DNA of 64,000 bases from Ginglymostoma cirratum (taxonomy: Eukaryota), in NCBI GenBank assembly GCA_024137785.1, contig JAHRHZ010000082.1:901442-965441 (forward strand), written 5' to 3'. Within the stretch, counting starts at the first letter, position 1. Each line of letters starts with the position of its first letter. Of the stretch, positions 24,546-38,800 are shown in pieces. The translations under genes were made by a program, and so were the position numbers. The notes below the pieces were generated by a model, which saw only the letters and a program-made list of their open reading frames with translations, did no database searches and had not been told where the DNA came from.

Positions 24546-27500
24546 AATTGCATCTTCCACACAACCCTGCACTCTGACAGCTATTTCAAGACTAGGGACT
24601 GCTAGGTCCTTAAAGGAAACTTCAACTACCACAATTAAAATGACAGATTCAGAAAATGTATGGTGAACATATGTGAATTATTTGAAGTAGCCATATGACA
24701 AATACCATTGCTGGTAGTGACAGAAGGAATACTGTGGCCTTTTCCTGTTCCAGAAAGTTGTTCATTGCCAGCTTGATAAGAATTCAAAATGCGTGCCACT
24801 AGCCACTGTGCAAAAAAGTGTTTCCTATTAATTTACCTACCCAGAACCTGAGATATAAGAATCCAAAAACTAGTTGAATTCTCCAAGGGGTTTGACAAGA
24901 TTGATACAATAAGCATATACTTAAATGAATATTAAAATTGCAGGTGCAATAATCCCAGAATTAATAAAGCTCCCCAATTTAAATGAATGATCTCTCAAGG
25001 CAAAATTCAAGATTCATCAGCAAAGGCGCACAGAATGGTAAAGCTAATAAAGCTGTTCCTGTGCTGTACTAATAGAAAAATCACTGCTCAGAGCTCACTA
25101 ATGCATGCCAAACAAGCATCTTCTTTAAAGGGCAGGTTTCTACTTGAAATTTTGATTACAAGTGTCCAAGGCCACAAGTGGAGATTGGCAGTTCAAGTCT
25201 GGTGGTCACAATGAATTCCAATTAATGCCTTAAGGGCAGGCACTGTGCAGGGTTTTACTTTGACACAACATCTTCACTGCACCGGAATTATACGATAGCA
25301 CCATCTTTTATTTACAATTAGAAATCATCTCACTGTTGAGGACTGGCCTGAGGGGAACTAATCATCATCGTAAATAGCCGTACTCAAAGTGCTGGAAGAT
25401 AATGCATGCCTCATCCAACTCTTCCCCCATCTCAGAAATTGCTGAATAACAATTAAAAGCAAGAATCTTACGTAGACAGTTTTCCCATCCTTAATCATGA
25501 GGGGATTAAAAAAAGCTTCTATCTTACTTGCTGGATGACCTTGTTGAGTCAACAGCACCACTTAATTCGAAAAATGTTTAACAAAATTATGGATAAATTT
25601 GTTTCTTAACCACTGCGGAGAAATATGTTATCTAAAAACATTGATAGGCAGAGGTACATTGAAGGAAAAGGAAGTTGGTAAATTTGTTTGTCACTGATAC
25701 CATCAGCAAGTCATGTAAGCATGAACTCATATGGGCTTACCAGGAAGAAACACTGATGTTCACAGCTGTGTGAAAAGTACTTCCTTTGCACAAACTGCAA
25801 ACCTCATTGGCTTGAGCAATCAAAGGAAAGCTAGTAGTTTCGAGGAAGATTTTTGTACAGTCAGGGCCAGCAGAAATTCTAATCCTACTAGAATAATTGA
25901 CAAAATACTTGTTCCATGCGGTGTGTAAGATGGCTGCAATCATGAAGACTTTTTTTTAAAATCGCATGACAGAGGTCACATGACTTTGGCCAGCTACAAT
26001 GTACAAAGGCACTTGTATATTGGAACACACCCTTTCCACAAAAAAAAAAGACTAAAAGAAACTGCATACGTTCTTTGCAAGTCACATCACATACCTCGTT
26101 GGTATAACCCATTCAAAAAAAAAAAGGCATAAAAAAAGCAGCTATTTTTCCTAGCTTGATCCATTTTAGTCTGTCCTCACACATGCATTGCACACAGGCC
26201 CAGATCTTCCGGCCTTTGGATAACCTGAGACTAGATGTGTAAACCAGCATATATGACCAAACTCACTGATGCACTGACCAATTGTCCAAAAAGCTTGAAC
26301 TTCTGGTGGGCAATTCCCCTGCACCCTGGGATCCTCCAACAAAAGTTTCCAAATCTGAGTTTCAGTCAGAGACTTTGAACAGTCCCAACGTATCTAACCG
26401 GACAGCCATCCAAGAAAATGTTAAATGGAAAAATTACGGTCCAACTCCTGAGTAATCATACAACTGACCAATCACCCCTCACCCAATTCTCCCGCACTCA
26501 CTACCATCCTGACCAGACCTGACTATACACCTCCCATCTCCCCAGATTGTTCCCAAAACCTGACTAGATGCCAACACAACACCCTTTTGTGACTGCCCTG
26601 CTCCTCCCCTGTCCCAACTTGACTAGACCTCGCTTTCCACCAATTCTCCAGATCCCATCACCCGAGTTGATCAGCATCCCCATCTCACACAGCTGCCACC
26701 CCACCTACATACCTCACCCACTCCACACCCTTACCCAGTGATTACACCTGCTGTACTCACTTACCCACCTACATTTTCACCCATTCACTCACATACGCAC
26801 ACTAACACGAGAATGGTCTGGGACATTTAAGCTATGACCAGAATATGAAAGCTAGTGTAAAAAATGAAGAGGAGCATATTACTTTTGCATCGGTTCTCTG
26901 CCTTGTTCCCTCTGAGGTTTCTTGCACTGAAGGAGGTTTTGCCAAATACCTCTATTGGAAGATTGGAAAACAAATTGGAGGAAGGTAAGTGGACAGTTTT
27001 GAGTCTGGTCAACGTTGGAAACAGGTTCAGACAGTAACTGGAAGGTTTGGGCCATTGCTTTAAAGCATTAAGGTCTTTATGATATATGTGCAAGTTGTGG
27101 TCTGTTCTTCTGGTATCTGCTTGTCCCTGGGGTGACATTGTTTCCCTGGGCAATGTTGCTGCGTGACAAGAGTTGCCTCTTGTTGAAACAGGAATATTTT
27201 AAACTCATTTACTAGCATCAACTTCCTTCACAGGGAGTGGGGCTCTCAACAATGTGTGAAGACGTACACCTGCTTCCTTTGCTTATATTTCACTTCCTGG
27301 TGACAAACTGTCAATAAGGTAAACAATATTTGCAAACTTTTTGTTGCACATTGAAGCAGTTTGAGAATGATGCTTTGAAATGACTTGAGGTCAGACTCCA
27401 CACATCACTTTCTCTCTGACATAGTCAGTTGTTAAATTACTAAACAGCCAGGCATGTTTTCTTGATCTGGGGGCTAGCATCATTGCACTTGTGTGAATAC

Positions 27501-28334
27501 TCTGAATGCAGCAGCATCTGGCAGTCCTTGTGCCATGACAGTTGCCCTAAATCCTCTCTCTCATTGGCTTTAAGCTGTAGGGTGACTTCATCAACATAAT
27601 AATATTTTAGCACTGGTGTTGTCGCTATTATTTGTTGTTCGATTTGAGCGAAAGCTGCTTCTTGTTCTGCGACCCCTCCCCCCACCGATTCATTGAAGCT
27701 GGTAACTGAACAATCACCTGCCTGTTTCAGGCAGTAATGTTGGCACCCACTTGGAATTCAAGGGAACCACATGGAAGGAGATTCTTGTTTTACTATTTTC
27801 ATCTGTTTGCTGCTTTAATTTAAGCACAACTAGGACAATAGGTTGGTGAAAAACAGCTTTTTTTGTTGTGTTTGGTATTTTGAGATAGATTTTCCTGTTC
27901 CAAGCTGGAACAAGTAATGAAGGATTGGATGTCGACAAGCATGTTTGTAAGGCAGCCCAACACATCTTTCCAAACTGGCAACCATTTTTAATAAGAAAAT
28001 TAGTTGTCCCTTATGCCTGACACTTCCCAGCAAAATCTGTCCCGTACTCTCAATTAATGAATTCTCTGCGGTCCTTTATTCAATGCAAACAAACTTTCTT
28101 TGAAATTTTAAAAGTAGAACTTGCCTTTGCTAAGTGACTTTCACATCCCCAGGAGATCACAGGGATTCACAACCTGTACATTTTGAAGTGCAGTTGATGG
28201 ACTCTCTCAGATAAGTGGCAGCTAATTACGGCTTATAAATATATTACCTCTAAAGCCAAGTGCATGTGAATGCATGGTTATTTTCCCACTGATAGAGAGG
28301 CAGGGCAGTAATAAAAAGAAGACCATTTATGCTA

Positions 28335-28467
28335 AGAGATAGTAGGAACTGCTGATGCTGGAGAATCTGAGATAACAAAATGAAGGGTCTCGACCCGAAA
28401 CGTCAGCCTTCCTGCTCCTCTGATGCTGCTTGGCCTGCTGTGTTCATCCAGCTCTCCACCTTATCTC
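28335..28467. mobile_element. Family A element with inverted 5' piece
   Basis: 15-bp TSD AGACCATTTATGCTA at 28320-28334 and 28468-28482. Confidence 0.88.
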
Positions 28468-28689
28468 AGACCATTTATGCTACCCAGTTGTTGAGGAAAA
28501 GCATCATTTGTAACACAGTTAAGAAATGCCCAGGTTCCAGCCCTAACCTGCATGGAGGTAACGGATTTCTGACATAATTGTGCAATTATTATCTAACAAA
28601 AGAGAACCTAACCATCTTTTCTTGAAATTCAACCATATGACCACTGCTAAGTCCCCCTTAGGAGTTACTATCGACCGGAACTCATTTGC

Positions 28690-29030
28690 AGTTTGGTGCC
28701 CTTATTTGGGAAAGGATGTTCTGGTTGTAGGAGTGCAATAAATGTTTAGCAAGCTGATTCCCGAGATAGCAGGACTGACATATGAAGAGAGACCAGTACA
28801 GTTAGGATTTATTCAATGGTGTTTAGAAGAAAGGGATGGGGCCGATTGTGTGTGCGGTGTGTGTATTTGTGTAAACTTATAAAGTTGGAATAGGGCGAGA
28901 CAGGATGAACACAGGAAGGATGCTCCTGATAACCAGGGAGTTCAGAACCAGGGGTCACAGTTCAAGGATACGGGGTAGAACACTTAGGCCTGAGATGGGG
29001 AAAAATTCTTCACCTAGGGAGTGGTGAGCA
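28690..29030 (+). mobile_element. CR1 LINE fragment
   Basis: Remnants of QFWCPYL..D and CAGAACCAGGGGTCACAGTTCAAGGATACGGGG. Confidence 0.7.
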
Positions 29031-29355
29031 TCCCCCTCCTATTGACACTCGGTGTAAAGTCAATACAATTGGAGGCCATTCCAGCAAGGTCAGAGATTGA
29101 CTGCTGCTGTTGAACTAAATCACAATAAAAGGGATTTGGTGTCTTCGAGTAAAGGAGAGAAAATTTAAAAGATCCTGTCCACCTGCCTCTTATAAATTAT
29201 TTGGGTTTGACAATGGTTATAAATATCTTTCATGAAAGTCAGTATATTTTGTGAAATCAAACTTCAGAACTAGACATTGAATGCTGTATTTTGAAAACCA
29301 CTTTTGTTAACAAAATATCACTTACACAATGTTTCCTGAACACCAAATGTCTTAC

Positions 29356-29578
29356 CTGTTCCATATAACATAGCAAGAAGAATGGAAGAGATCCAAGCCG
29401 TATCACTGTAACCAACGTGGAACTCTTTAATCAACTCCTTGAAGAAAACACTAACAGCTTTTGGAAAAGCATATGAGAATCCAGTGATGACAAAACATCC
29501 AACGAGAACGGCCCAGCCCCAGCCTCCATCTGGGGCCCTGACTCCTGCTGGCTTATCATCTTGTACAACAACTCCCAT
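29356..29578 (-). CDS. SLC16A3: MCT4 coding exon 1 (223 nt; whole exon 29356-29593 including 15 nt of 5'UTR)
   Basis: Translates [75 protein letters not shown], with the MCT signature PDGGWGW and the FPK lysine. Strong Kozak ACCATGG. Acceptor ttaacttacag ends at 29594 and donor GTAAG is at 29355-29351. Confidence 0.96.
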
Positions 29579-29796
29579 GGTTCAGGTCACAACCTGTAAG
29601 TTAAAGGAGGAGTTGCTAAAAATCAATTCTCTTCTACTGGTATAGCTCAGATTAACATCACAAAATCATACACATTATAAAAATTCCACAATATCAAAAG
29701 ATATGAATCACAGTCATGAAATTACTGCATTCGAATTGTACACTTGGTCAAGAATTATTTTTGCAATGAATGTATTCTCAGTATCTGAGGAGTTGC

Positions 29797-30655
29797 ACAC
29801 GGTCCTGGCGAAGTCAGGAGTGTGACGGAGCACTCCCCACTTCCCTGAATGGGTGCAGCTCCAACAACACTCAAGAAGCTGGAGACCGTCCAGTTCAAAG
29901 CAGCCCGCTTGATTGGCACCACATCCGCAAGCATTCACTCCCACTACCACCACTCAGTAGCAGCAGCATACACTATACACCAAGATGTTCTGCAGAAATT
30001 TGCCAAAGCTCTTCAGATAGCACCTTTTAAGTCCAACAGCATGTCCTTCTACAAGGACTAGAGCAACAGCTACATGGGAACAAGAGCACCTACAAATTCC
30101 CTCCAAGCCACCCACCATCTTGGCTTGGAAGTGTATGACTGTTCCTTCAGTGTCACTCAGTCAAAATCCTGGAACTCACTCCCCAGTGGCATTGTGAGAC
30201 TACCTATACCAAATGGGAGGTGGCACGGTGGGCTCAATGGTTAGCACTGCTGCTTCACAGCACCAGGGACCCAGGTTCAATTCCAGCCTTGGCTGACTGT
30301 ATGGAGTTTCCACATTCTCCCCATGTCTGCATGAACGCTTCAGTTTCCTCGCACAGTCCAAAGACGTGGGGGCTAGGTGGATTGGCCATGTTAGGTATGG
30401 GGTTATAGGGATGTGGTCAGGGGCTGTGTCTGGGTTGAGATGCTCTTCAGAGGGTTGGTATGGGCTCAAAGGGCCGAATGGCTTGCTTCCACACTGTAGG
30501 GATTCTAATCCAACCTAATTCTTCTACTAGATTCTAATCTAAAAATGAATTTCAGTGGTTGAAAGAGGCCTGTTGTCTCAAGGTCAACCAGGGATGAGCA
30601 ATAAAACATTGGCCCAGACAGCAATGCTTATATCCTGTGAGTGAATAAAAAAAAT
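29797..30655 (+). mobile_element. LINE 3' fragment of the same family as 873-1657, interrupted by a SINE
   Basis: Encodes GAAPTTLKKLETVQFKAARLIGTTSASIHS; resumes after the SINE and ends in GAATAAAAAAAA near 30650. Confidence 0.8.
30218..30540 (+). mobile_element. tRNA-derived SINE (HE1-like) inserted in a LINE
   Basis: GGCACGGTGGGCTCAATGGTTAGCACTGCTGC...GGTTCAATTCC...CACACTGTAGGGATTCTA. Confidence 0.88.
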
Positions 30656-31444
30656 TCTGGCAGGAACACTGATATGACATTCAATGCAACATTCTTGAAT
30701 TGAATGCATCATGCACTTCACAAGCCGCAAACCTCACAAATAAACTTTTGCAGAGGTTTACAGGGCCCCCACCTCTCTCCAGCCAAGGGAAATAGCCATG
30801 GACAGCCATTTATGCAATTTCTGAGGATCTGCTAATCTTCCACGAAAGGAAACCCCATCCTTCGCTGTCACTCTACATCAGCAATAAATCGTAAATCTAC
30901 ACACATCTCCTATCAATTTTTTCCATTAGAAATTACTGTGGTTACAACTAAATGGAAATGTTCCATATAAATATTACACTAAATGTGTTATTTACCATTT
31001 GCATAATGTATTTCATACTCCAATGCCTGCACAGTGTGAAACAATGTCTTCTAATGCTCATGCTTTCATACTAATTACATGTTTGTCTCCTTACTGCCAA
31101 TTCGGCACCTAGTGAAAAAAAACCTTATCACTTTTTCATTCTCTCAACCCTTTCTAATATCTGGACTTGTTTTCCAGCAAAAGAAACATCAGCTAGGAAA
31201 TGGCCCACTTCTACTCCAACATCTTATGGTCTTATGCATCTCAAACGGAGACGTGTAAAGCTTACAGTACCAGGCCACTTGTTAAGAGTATAAAGCAAGC
31301 AAAATCTCTCGTATTACTCTTTCAGTCAATACATTCAAATCTGGGTCAGCTGTAGGCCTTTGGAAAATTACACAGATGATCATAAATATTACAAAATTGC
31401 CAATTTCTTTACCACGATAAATAACACTTCTACATGAAAGAATA

Positions 31445-31651
31445 AAAGTCAGTAGTCACACGATGCCAGGTTATAGTCCAACAAGTTTATTTGAAATCAC
31501 AAGCTTTCGGTGTGCTACTCCTTTGTGCTTCAGCTGATGAAGGAGCAGCGCTATGGAAGCTTGTGTTTTCAAATAAACCCGTTGGGCTACAACCTGGTGT
31601 CATGTGACTTCTGACTTTGTCCACCCCTGTCCAACAACGGCATCTTCACAA
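31445..31651. mobile_element. Palindromic Penelope-derived element (family C)
   Basis: Inverted arms of about 80 bp centred near 31530; CTGATGAAGGAGCAGCGCT at 31534; TSD GAAAGAATA at 31436-31444 and 31652-31660. Confidence 0.85.
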
Positions 31652-32070
31652 GAAAGAATATAATGTAATAGTACCAACAGGAAAACAAAAATCAGATATG
31701 AAATTGCTTATTAAAGCAATTTAGGTTTAAGCATTAATAGGAAACCCAATCTCAGTTCAGCAATGTATTTTTCCAACAGATTCAAGGCTTCAATTTACTC
31801 ATGCCCACATAAAAGTAAAACATGTAGAGGAATATCGTTAGCATGTATTTCCTTAAAGAAAAGTGCAGGTGTTCTTCTACAATGCTGCTTGGATACATTG
31901 AATAATCTTGCAAGTTCAGCATCACTGCAAAGCATTCAAATTCCGCTAAAGAATGTAACTGATCCAAGGAGAACTAGCTCACTGTATCTTAATCATGACT
32001 TTGTAAAATGTACCTAGAATTGTTCAATTGAATACTGACTGTTGCCACTCCTGTCTCTCCAATATTTTGG

Positions 32071-32266
32071 ATAAAAACCAAGACAACTGCAGATGCTATA
32101 AATCAGAAACAAAAACAAAAGTTGCTGGAAAAGTTCAGCAGGTCTGGCAACATCTGTGAAGGGAAATCAGAGTTAACGTTTCAGTTTCAGTGACCCTTCC
32201 TCAGACGTTCTGAGGAAAGGTCACCAGACCCAAAACATTAACTCTGATTTTTCTTCACAGATGCTC
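32071..32266. mobile_element. Palindromic family B element
   Basis: Inverted arms centred near 32206; TSD CCAA(T/C)ATTTTGG at 32059-32070 and 32267-32278. Confidence 0.85.
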
Positions 32267-35200
32267 CCAACATTTTGGTCTGGGCTTTGCTACCATACTT
32301 GTCGACGGAGACACACATAATCTGGATATAAACCCAGCTGTGACTTGAATGCTTGCAGGGGTTTGGCTGAAAAGAAATTATGAACATTACTACAATTCTC
32401 TTCAATCTTCCATATCTATCCTTCAAATCTTCTGTCCAAATTCATTCCTGCCCACAAAGCAGATAAAACCCAAACTCTCATAGGAAGGCATTCCATTTCA
32501 CTCATTTCTGGAGTATTTCAACACTGCAATTTAATGACAGTTTGAGTTTTGTTTTAAAAAATTTTATCCTCACGGAGACCTGAACTGGATTTGTGATTAC
32601 TATTTGTGGGTTTTTACGGTTACGGATAAAAGTTACAAGAACCATTGAAAGACTTCTCCATTTGCAGGTATGGCTTTGGTATTTCACTGGGGCCAAATGC
32701 TTACTTGGCATTGGCAGAATGGGTATAGTGAAATAATATAACAGCAGGCTAGAATATAGCTGAAATTCAGGATGGGGACAGGGATGAGTTTTTTTTTAAA
32801 TGACATATTATTAAATTGTTGTGGTTTAAATGAATAGACCATTTTCAGGAATGCACCCAGGTTCTAAAATATAACCTTTTAGGAGGGAAACACAGCACAT
32901 CTTTCTGGACAGTATTACCAGTTGGACCAGACAATATCAGTTATGTTTGCCTACACAATACTAACTACCCTAATAAAAAAAAAAATGACTAATTGGTATG
33001 GCTAGTACCCTGATTAGAAGATATTACAGAATTATAGAATTTCTTTTTACTGCATATTTGGAACTACTACTGTATTTACTACTGTAAAATTTACACAGAT
33101 GGATTTGGGCTACACTACAACAAGACTGTGACCCACTCAGGATATTTCTGAAAGCAACCTAGTTATATTACCCATTCTCCACAGTCAGAAAGCGGAACTC
33201 TATTCAAATGTATGTAAGTGCATGCTTAGAACTCTGTACACCAGCCATGAATTCCCTATGAATTTTAACTCTTTATACAATCATACCTAGGTCTTCCTTA
33301 AAACAACAAACACAAGTATTCCAACCAATTTTCTTAGGAGGACAGCAGGGCCATGATCACCTTGAAGAATGGAAGGAGCAACTAGGAGAAAAAATATTGA
33401 ACACTGGTAGAAAACAAAACTTATGACAAAGATATAACTTCTGCAGAGTCGGATTCTGCTTTATTAATTAAGGAGCTGAATTATATTGTGGTAAAATCAG
33501 CCCTGTCACATCTTGCATTCCTAACCTCAGTTAACCAAGCTTTGAACCCTGATCTTGCATATGACAAGTGTTTTACTGTCTAATTGGCTTCAGTGTGAAC
33601 AAGAGCCTCCAGCCCAATCCCCAAACCAATACATGGTTCTTTAAAAAGAAAGACATTTCCCACCGCATTGGGCAGTTCTAGTGTGAAATTCTTTCAGAAT
33701 CTAAGATGGTGTAGTGTGACCTGTGAGTAATGGGTGGCTTTCACTGCCAAGCTGTCAGGCACCAAAAACATCTTTCCTTTCCAGGAAGATTTTCTAATGG
33801 CACAAGTATATGGTCACTGTATATTTATAGGTAAATTTGTTCGTGGATCTGTTCATTACCAGATCTCAATCAAATTAAATCTTAGTATAAGCCAGTTCTT
33901 CAACAATGAAAAAGCACATCTGTGTGTGTATGTGCGCGTGCATATATTGCAGAGGCTGAACAATAAGAGGCTATGTCTCAACCAAATTCAATACTAATGC
34001 TAACTTCCTTAAGCTACATTTAGTAACTGAAGAGTCTATGATCTTTATGCCATGGTATTTAGGAATGGAAAAAATTGCACAGGAAGCCACTGAACTAAAA
34101 TGTATCGAGCTTATTTACATAGTTCAAGCAAAAAGTCTCAATTTCTTACTTTAACTAAAACAGAAAACTAAAACATGACTTTTACAACTGGTTACACTAC
34201 AAAATGTATGCTCTACACATGCAGGCTTGCCAATCTAGAAATCACAGGTATAGTCTCCATGATTTTTACCCCGATAATGATTAGAAATTCATGTAGCCCA
34301 CCCCATGCTACTCCAGCTGATGTCGCACAGTGCCTGCAGCAACGCAAGGCCTCAGTAGCAGCAGGGTGCACACAAAACTTGAGACACTCAAAATGCATCC
34401 AAATAAAAGTCTATATTCTGTCACTGCAAATCTGGAGCAAAGAATAAGATCAACAGGTCCCACGAGAAAATACTCACTTAAAACAAAATGAAGCCTGTAC
34501 CTGTAAACAAAGCTCAGGTTCAAAACAAAGCAAAGCAATCATCGCAACCATTCAAATGGATGCAGATGTCTAGAGGCCTCATCTGCTCAACTGCCTTAAG
34601 AGGGACAGAACAGCATCTTGTAAAAAGCATCTTTAAAAATACTGCTCTACATTCCCTCTTTCAGCAGGGAGTCTCTTCACCAACAGGGATTTAACTGGAT
34701 CCCACGAGTTAAAATGAACAGCAGGTGCTTGCACTCAACTGATATTCACGTTGCATTTAACGACAGAGAAAGGTCATTACGTGCATCACTAAGCATTATT
34801 CAAGAAGCAGCCAAGATGCCTCCACTAACATGCCGTCCACAGAGCCTAGGGCTGAATCTTATGTTCTTTTTTGGCTAAGTGTGAGGTTCTTCAGGTTTTT
34901 TGAAGGAATTGTTGCCATGGGGCCCAGCAATATTTCTCACTGTACCTTACCCAATACATCTCATTAACTACATACCCTGATCCTCTTGCGCCCATCTCAG
35001 ATGATTCTACTCCCACCTTACCATGGACTGTCCCTGAAACAACACATCACTTACTGAATGTCTGCCAAAGACTAGCATCCCTTGTGGCACACCATTTTTA
35101 AAAGCACATATTGTGTATCCAGGTGCACACAGTCAGTTCACAGCTGCATTGCATGTAAACCTGAAATTTGTCCAAGAAATGGCAGACAAGGGAAAACTGG

Positions 35201-35503
35201 CACCAGGATCCTCAATGTTCAGATGAATGGGGTGGTGCAGACATGGGATATCCTCTTCCCCCAGGTCCAGCAGTGAAGGCAATGACACCAGACTATGCCA
35301 GCTGGCCTGAAGTTGGCAACACGCTCATTGCAGTCTCAGTGATCTGGAGGACTTGACAGCAGTGCAACAAGAAGGTCAATGATTTCTTCCAAGTCTGCCA
35401 GCGTCACATTCCTCCAATACCAAATCCCTCTGGTACCTATAATGCTTTAAATTGCTAAGTTTATTCTTGAAAGCACACTAACAATTTATGGGAGAGTGAA
35501 TAC

Positions 35504-35845
35504 TTAGAATCCCTACAGTGTGGAAACAGGCCATTTTTACCATCAAGGCCACACCAATGCTACAAAGAGCATCCCACCCAGACCCAAATCCCCTACCCAA
35601 TCCCTATAACCTTGCATTTCCCATGGCTAATCCACCTAGCCTGCTTATCCCTGGACACTATGTGCAATTTAGCATGGCTAATCCACCTAACCTGCACATC
35701 TTTGGACCATGGGAGGAAACCCACTTAGACACTGGAAGAACATGCAAAATCCACACAGACAGACCAGTCACCTGAGGGTGGAATCGAATCCAGGTCCCTG
35801 GCGCTGTGAAGCAGCAGTGCTAACCACTGAGCCACCATGCTGCCC
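35504..35845 (-). mobile_element. tRNA-derived SINE (HE1-like)
   Basis: Reverse complement of the same family, with A and B boxes at 35780-35845. Confidence 0.88.
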
Positions 35846-38800
35846 TGTCAGACCCAAAGTCATGATAAGTCCAAAGAACAGGGATTAGTTAAAGATTAAC
35901 CACATTGTCATGAGGCTTTCAATAGTCCATGAAGTTATTAACTTCTGAAAGATGCATTGTTTTAGGAGATTGATAGCAACCATAATACTACGCTACAATT
36001 CCAATAAAGTCTTGTAAGAGCCTTCCTCTGCTACAATGGTTTCAGCATCTGCAAATAATCTGATTGCAGTCCTCACTCAATCAACAAAATCCATTGATGA
36101 GACTACACTAGCAACAGTAAAACCTACTGAGATCCATAATAACACAAGTACACGAGTACACAGGCACACTTGTTGCACAAATTCACTAACTCAAAGAGCT
36201 TCAGTTGCAAAGTTAGGATGTAGCTAATGCATAGTACATTGATATTGGCCCGAATCTTCAAATTTGGGTCAGAATCTCCATTTTCAAACCAGATCAAACT
36301 AAAATGTTGCCCACTCACCTTTGGTGTAGTTTATCAGGTGAAAGTTCAAGGCTGGAGACTTTCCAGCAGAAGCAGTGTGGATGAGTTCAGCAACCCATGA
36401 AGTTGGGACTGGGGAGGATTGGCGCCGAAACCATGCCCCCTTTCATGCCACATTTTGCAACTTAAGAAAGGTCCCTATGCCACTGTGACAGCTTCTATCA
36501 GAAACGTCTTGTGTAAGGTAGGTGGGTGATGGATAGAGAGGCCAGGTGGTTGAGGGGAGATAGGTTTTCAGGCAAGTGGGTAAGAGTTAAGGGAATTTGA
36601 AATGTCAGGTATGTCCAGGCAGATCCAGTCCAGGGATTGTTTTGGTTGGGTGGGGGAGGGGGGAGAAGGGAATGGGTGCGCTGGTGGTGAGCAGGAGTCA
36701 GGGAAGAAAAATTACAGTTTGGAGGGGGAAATTGGGGCCAGCGGTTCGGTGTTGAGTTGAGGATCAAGGACAGGGATGGGATGGTAATTTGAGGGCAGTG
36801 CTGAATTTGGGGGTCAATTTTATAGTTATCCAGGTGATGGTGATTTTGTGCAGAGGGTTTCAACTTCCTGGGCAATTCCGACAGAGTCAGCTTCATCAGG
36901 ACTTCTGCATAGGCCTGACACCCAACTTCTGTCTCTGACTATCATTCTATTAAAAGATCTGGGCCATTGTCTCCAATAGGTATTCAATGACATTTTTTAA
37001 AGTAACAACTTTAATCTGCAATAATACTCATATTAGAGAATGGCCATCAGGATAACCAAACCAAAAGTGTTTGCAGCAAACAAAACACTTAATATCAGTG
37101 ACAAATCTTGAAACCTTACAGTCTGACAAGACAAAAATAACAATGAAGAGTGTGTTGAAGATATTAAACTCTCTCAGTGCTGGTGCAGCACCAGTTGTTT
37201 GCTTGGTATTTCTACCACTCTATAAAAGCTTGTTTAAAACATTGCTACTTAATATAGACATATAATAGGATTTGAGATTGCTGTCAAAATTAATTTGTAA
37301 TTGAATGAGAAACTAATCTGGAATGTGACAGCACAGCATGGACGTATTAAGGGATTTTTCGGTAGTCTGGAAGATGCCACCTTCACTGCAAAGTACCTTA
37401 AGTAGACATTCTGCAATGCAAATGAAAATACAAAACAGGTTGGGCATCTTTTGAAACGGAACACCAGGTTACACATTATCCTTACAAGCAAACTAGTCCC
37501 AATGAGAGTTACTCCAAGAAAGTTACCCTCTTTCAGATATTGATGACCAGCTTTCCTATCAGCAGTTTTTATTGTATACGCCTAGCAACTTGAAATGTTA
37601 TATTTGAATCTTTTGACTTCAAGACTTTTTTCGATAGGAAAGTTTTTTGTTTATTTACTAAGCAATTAACGAGACAAGTATTTACGGTTAACATATGTGG
37701 TGTTCCTAATCCCTTTAGAAGGTCACTGTCTTTAAAGGCTGAAAATGGGGCATTTCTCCAGAGATTCTAAAGGATGATTGAGTTACAGGCAACAGTGATG
37801 CAGATGGAACTGCAACTAACATGTTCGAAATGTTTAACCTTTCCATGACATTCAGACTGCTGAGGCTTAGCAATGCCTTTCCTGATATTTGAAGTGCATC
37901 TGCATCGTCAGAGAATAACAGCAGAATGAGTGATAGCTCCAAGAACAATTGGAAGGTTAAGTGGTCACCACTTTAAGATTGCAACTGTCTGAAACTGCAA
38001 TCAAATTTGTTGCTTATTTAAGTTGCTGCAACAGTGACTAAGTATAGTTCAGAGGTGAATATAACTTCACATTCTCAACACTAACTCAAAATGGTTATAG
38101 TCATTCATGCACAAGTCATAGGTATAGTCCTTTTTTTTAAAAAAAAGTTCCTCTGAACACAAATTGAATATAACTAAATTAGAATAGTTAAATGATCGAC
38201 TAAAGAAGTAACTACACTTATTTTTTGACCTTGATATGACCACTGCTACCCATGGTCAAATGATTCCTGCACTAATTACATGCACATCTCTCTAGACTGG
38301 TCTCATTGTACCTTTTAAGTATATAACTCACATACTTAGGAAAATATTATACTGTATCTTGTGCATAGCAGCAAATAAATGCTGCCAGCTTTTGGTGAGA
38401 TTCACCTTTGTCCACAAGCCTTCTCTGGACTTCATTTAGCAAGTTCACATGAGCCAATCATCCAAAAGGCACGATGCCCTGTTAAGGGAATCTGGCATCT
38501 GTGTGAATAGTATAAACAATGTGTGCCTTCTTCAGCAATGAGATTAATGAACTGTTGCCAAGCAGTAGACAGACTGAATCAGGAAGTTGTATTATTGAAT
38601 GTCAAATCTAGTCCAGGAAATGAAATAATCAGAACAAAAGAAAGAGAGAAAAGTAAATGCATATTTTTAAATCTCCACCAATAATTAGAAATAGTAGGAA
38701 TGTGACACTGCTTTGAAAGTTGACTCTTCAGCACCAAAAAGATTGTTTGATTGTAAATAAAGACACCCCATGTCTTTAAAGGGTTATACATTATATTAGA

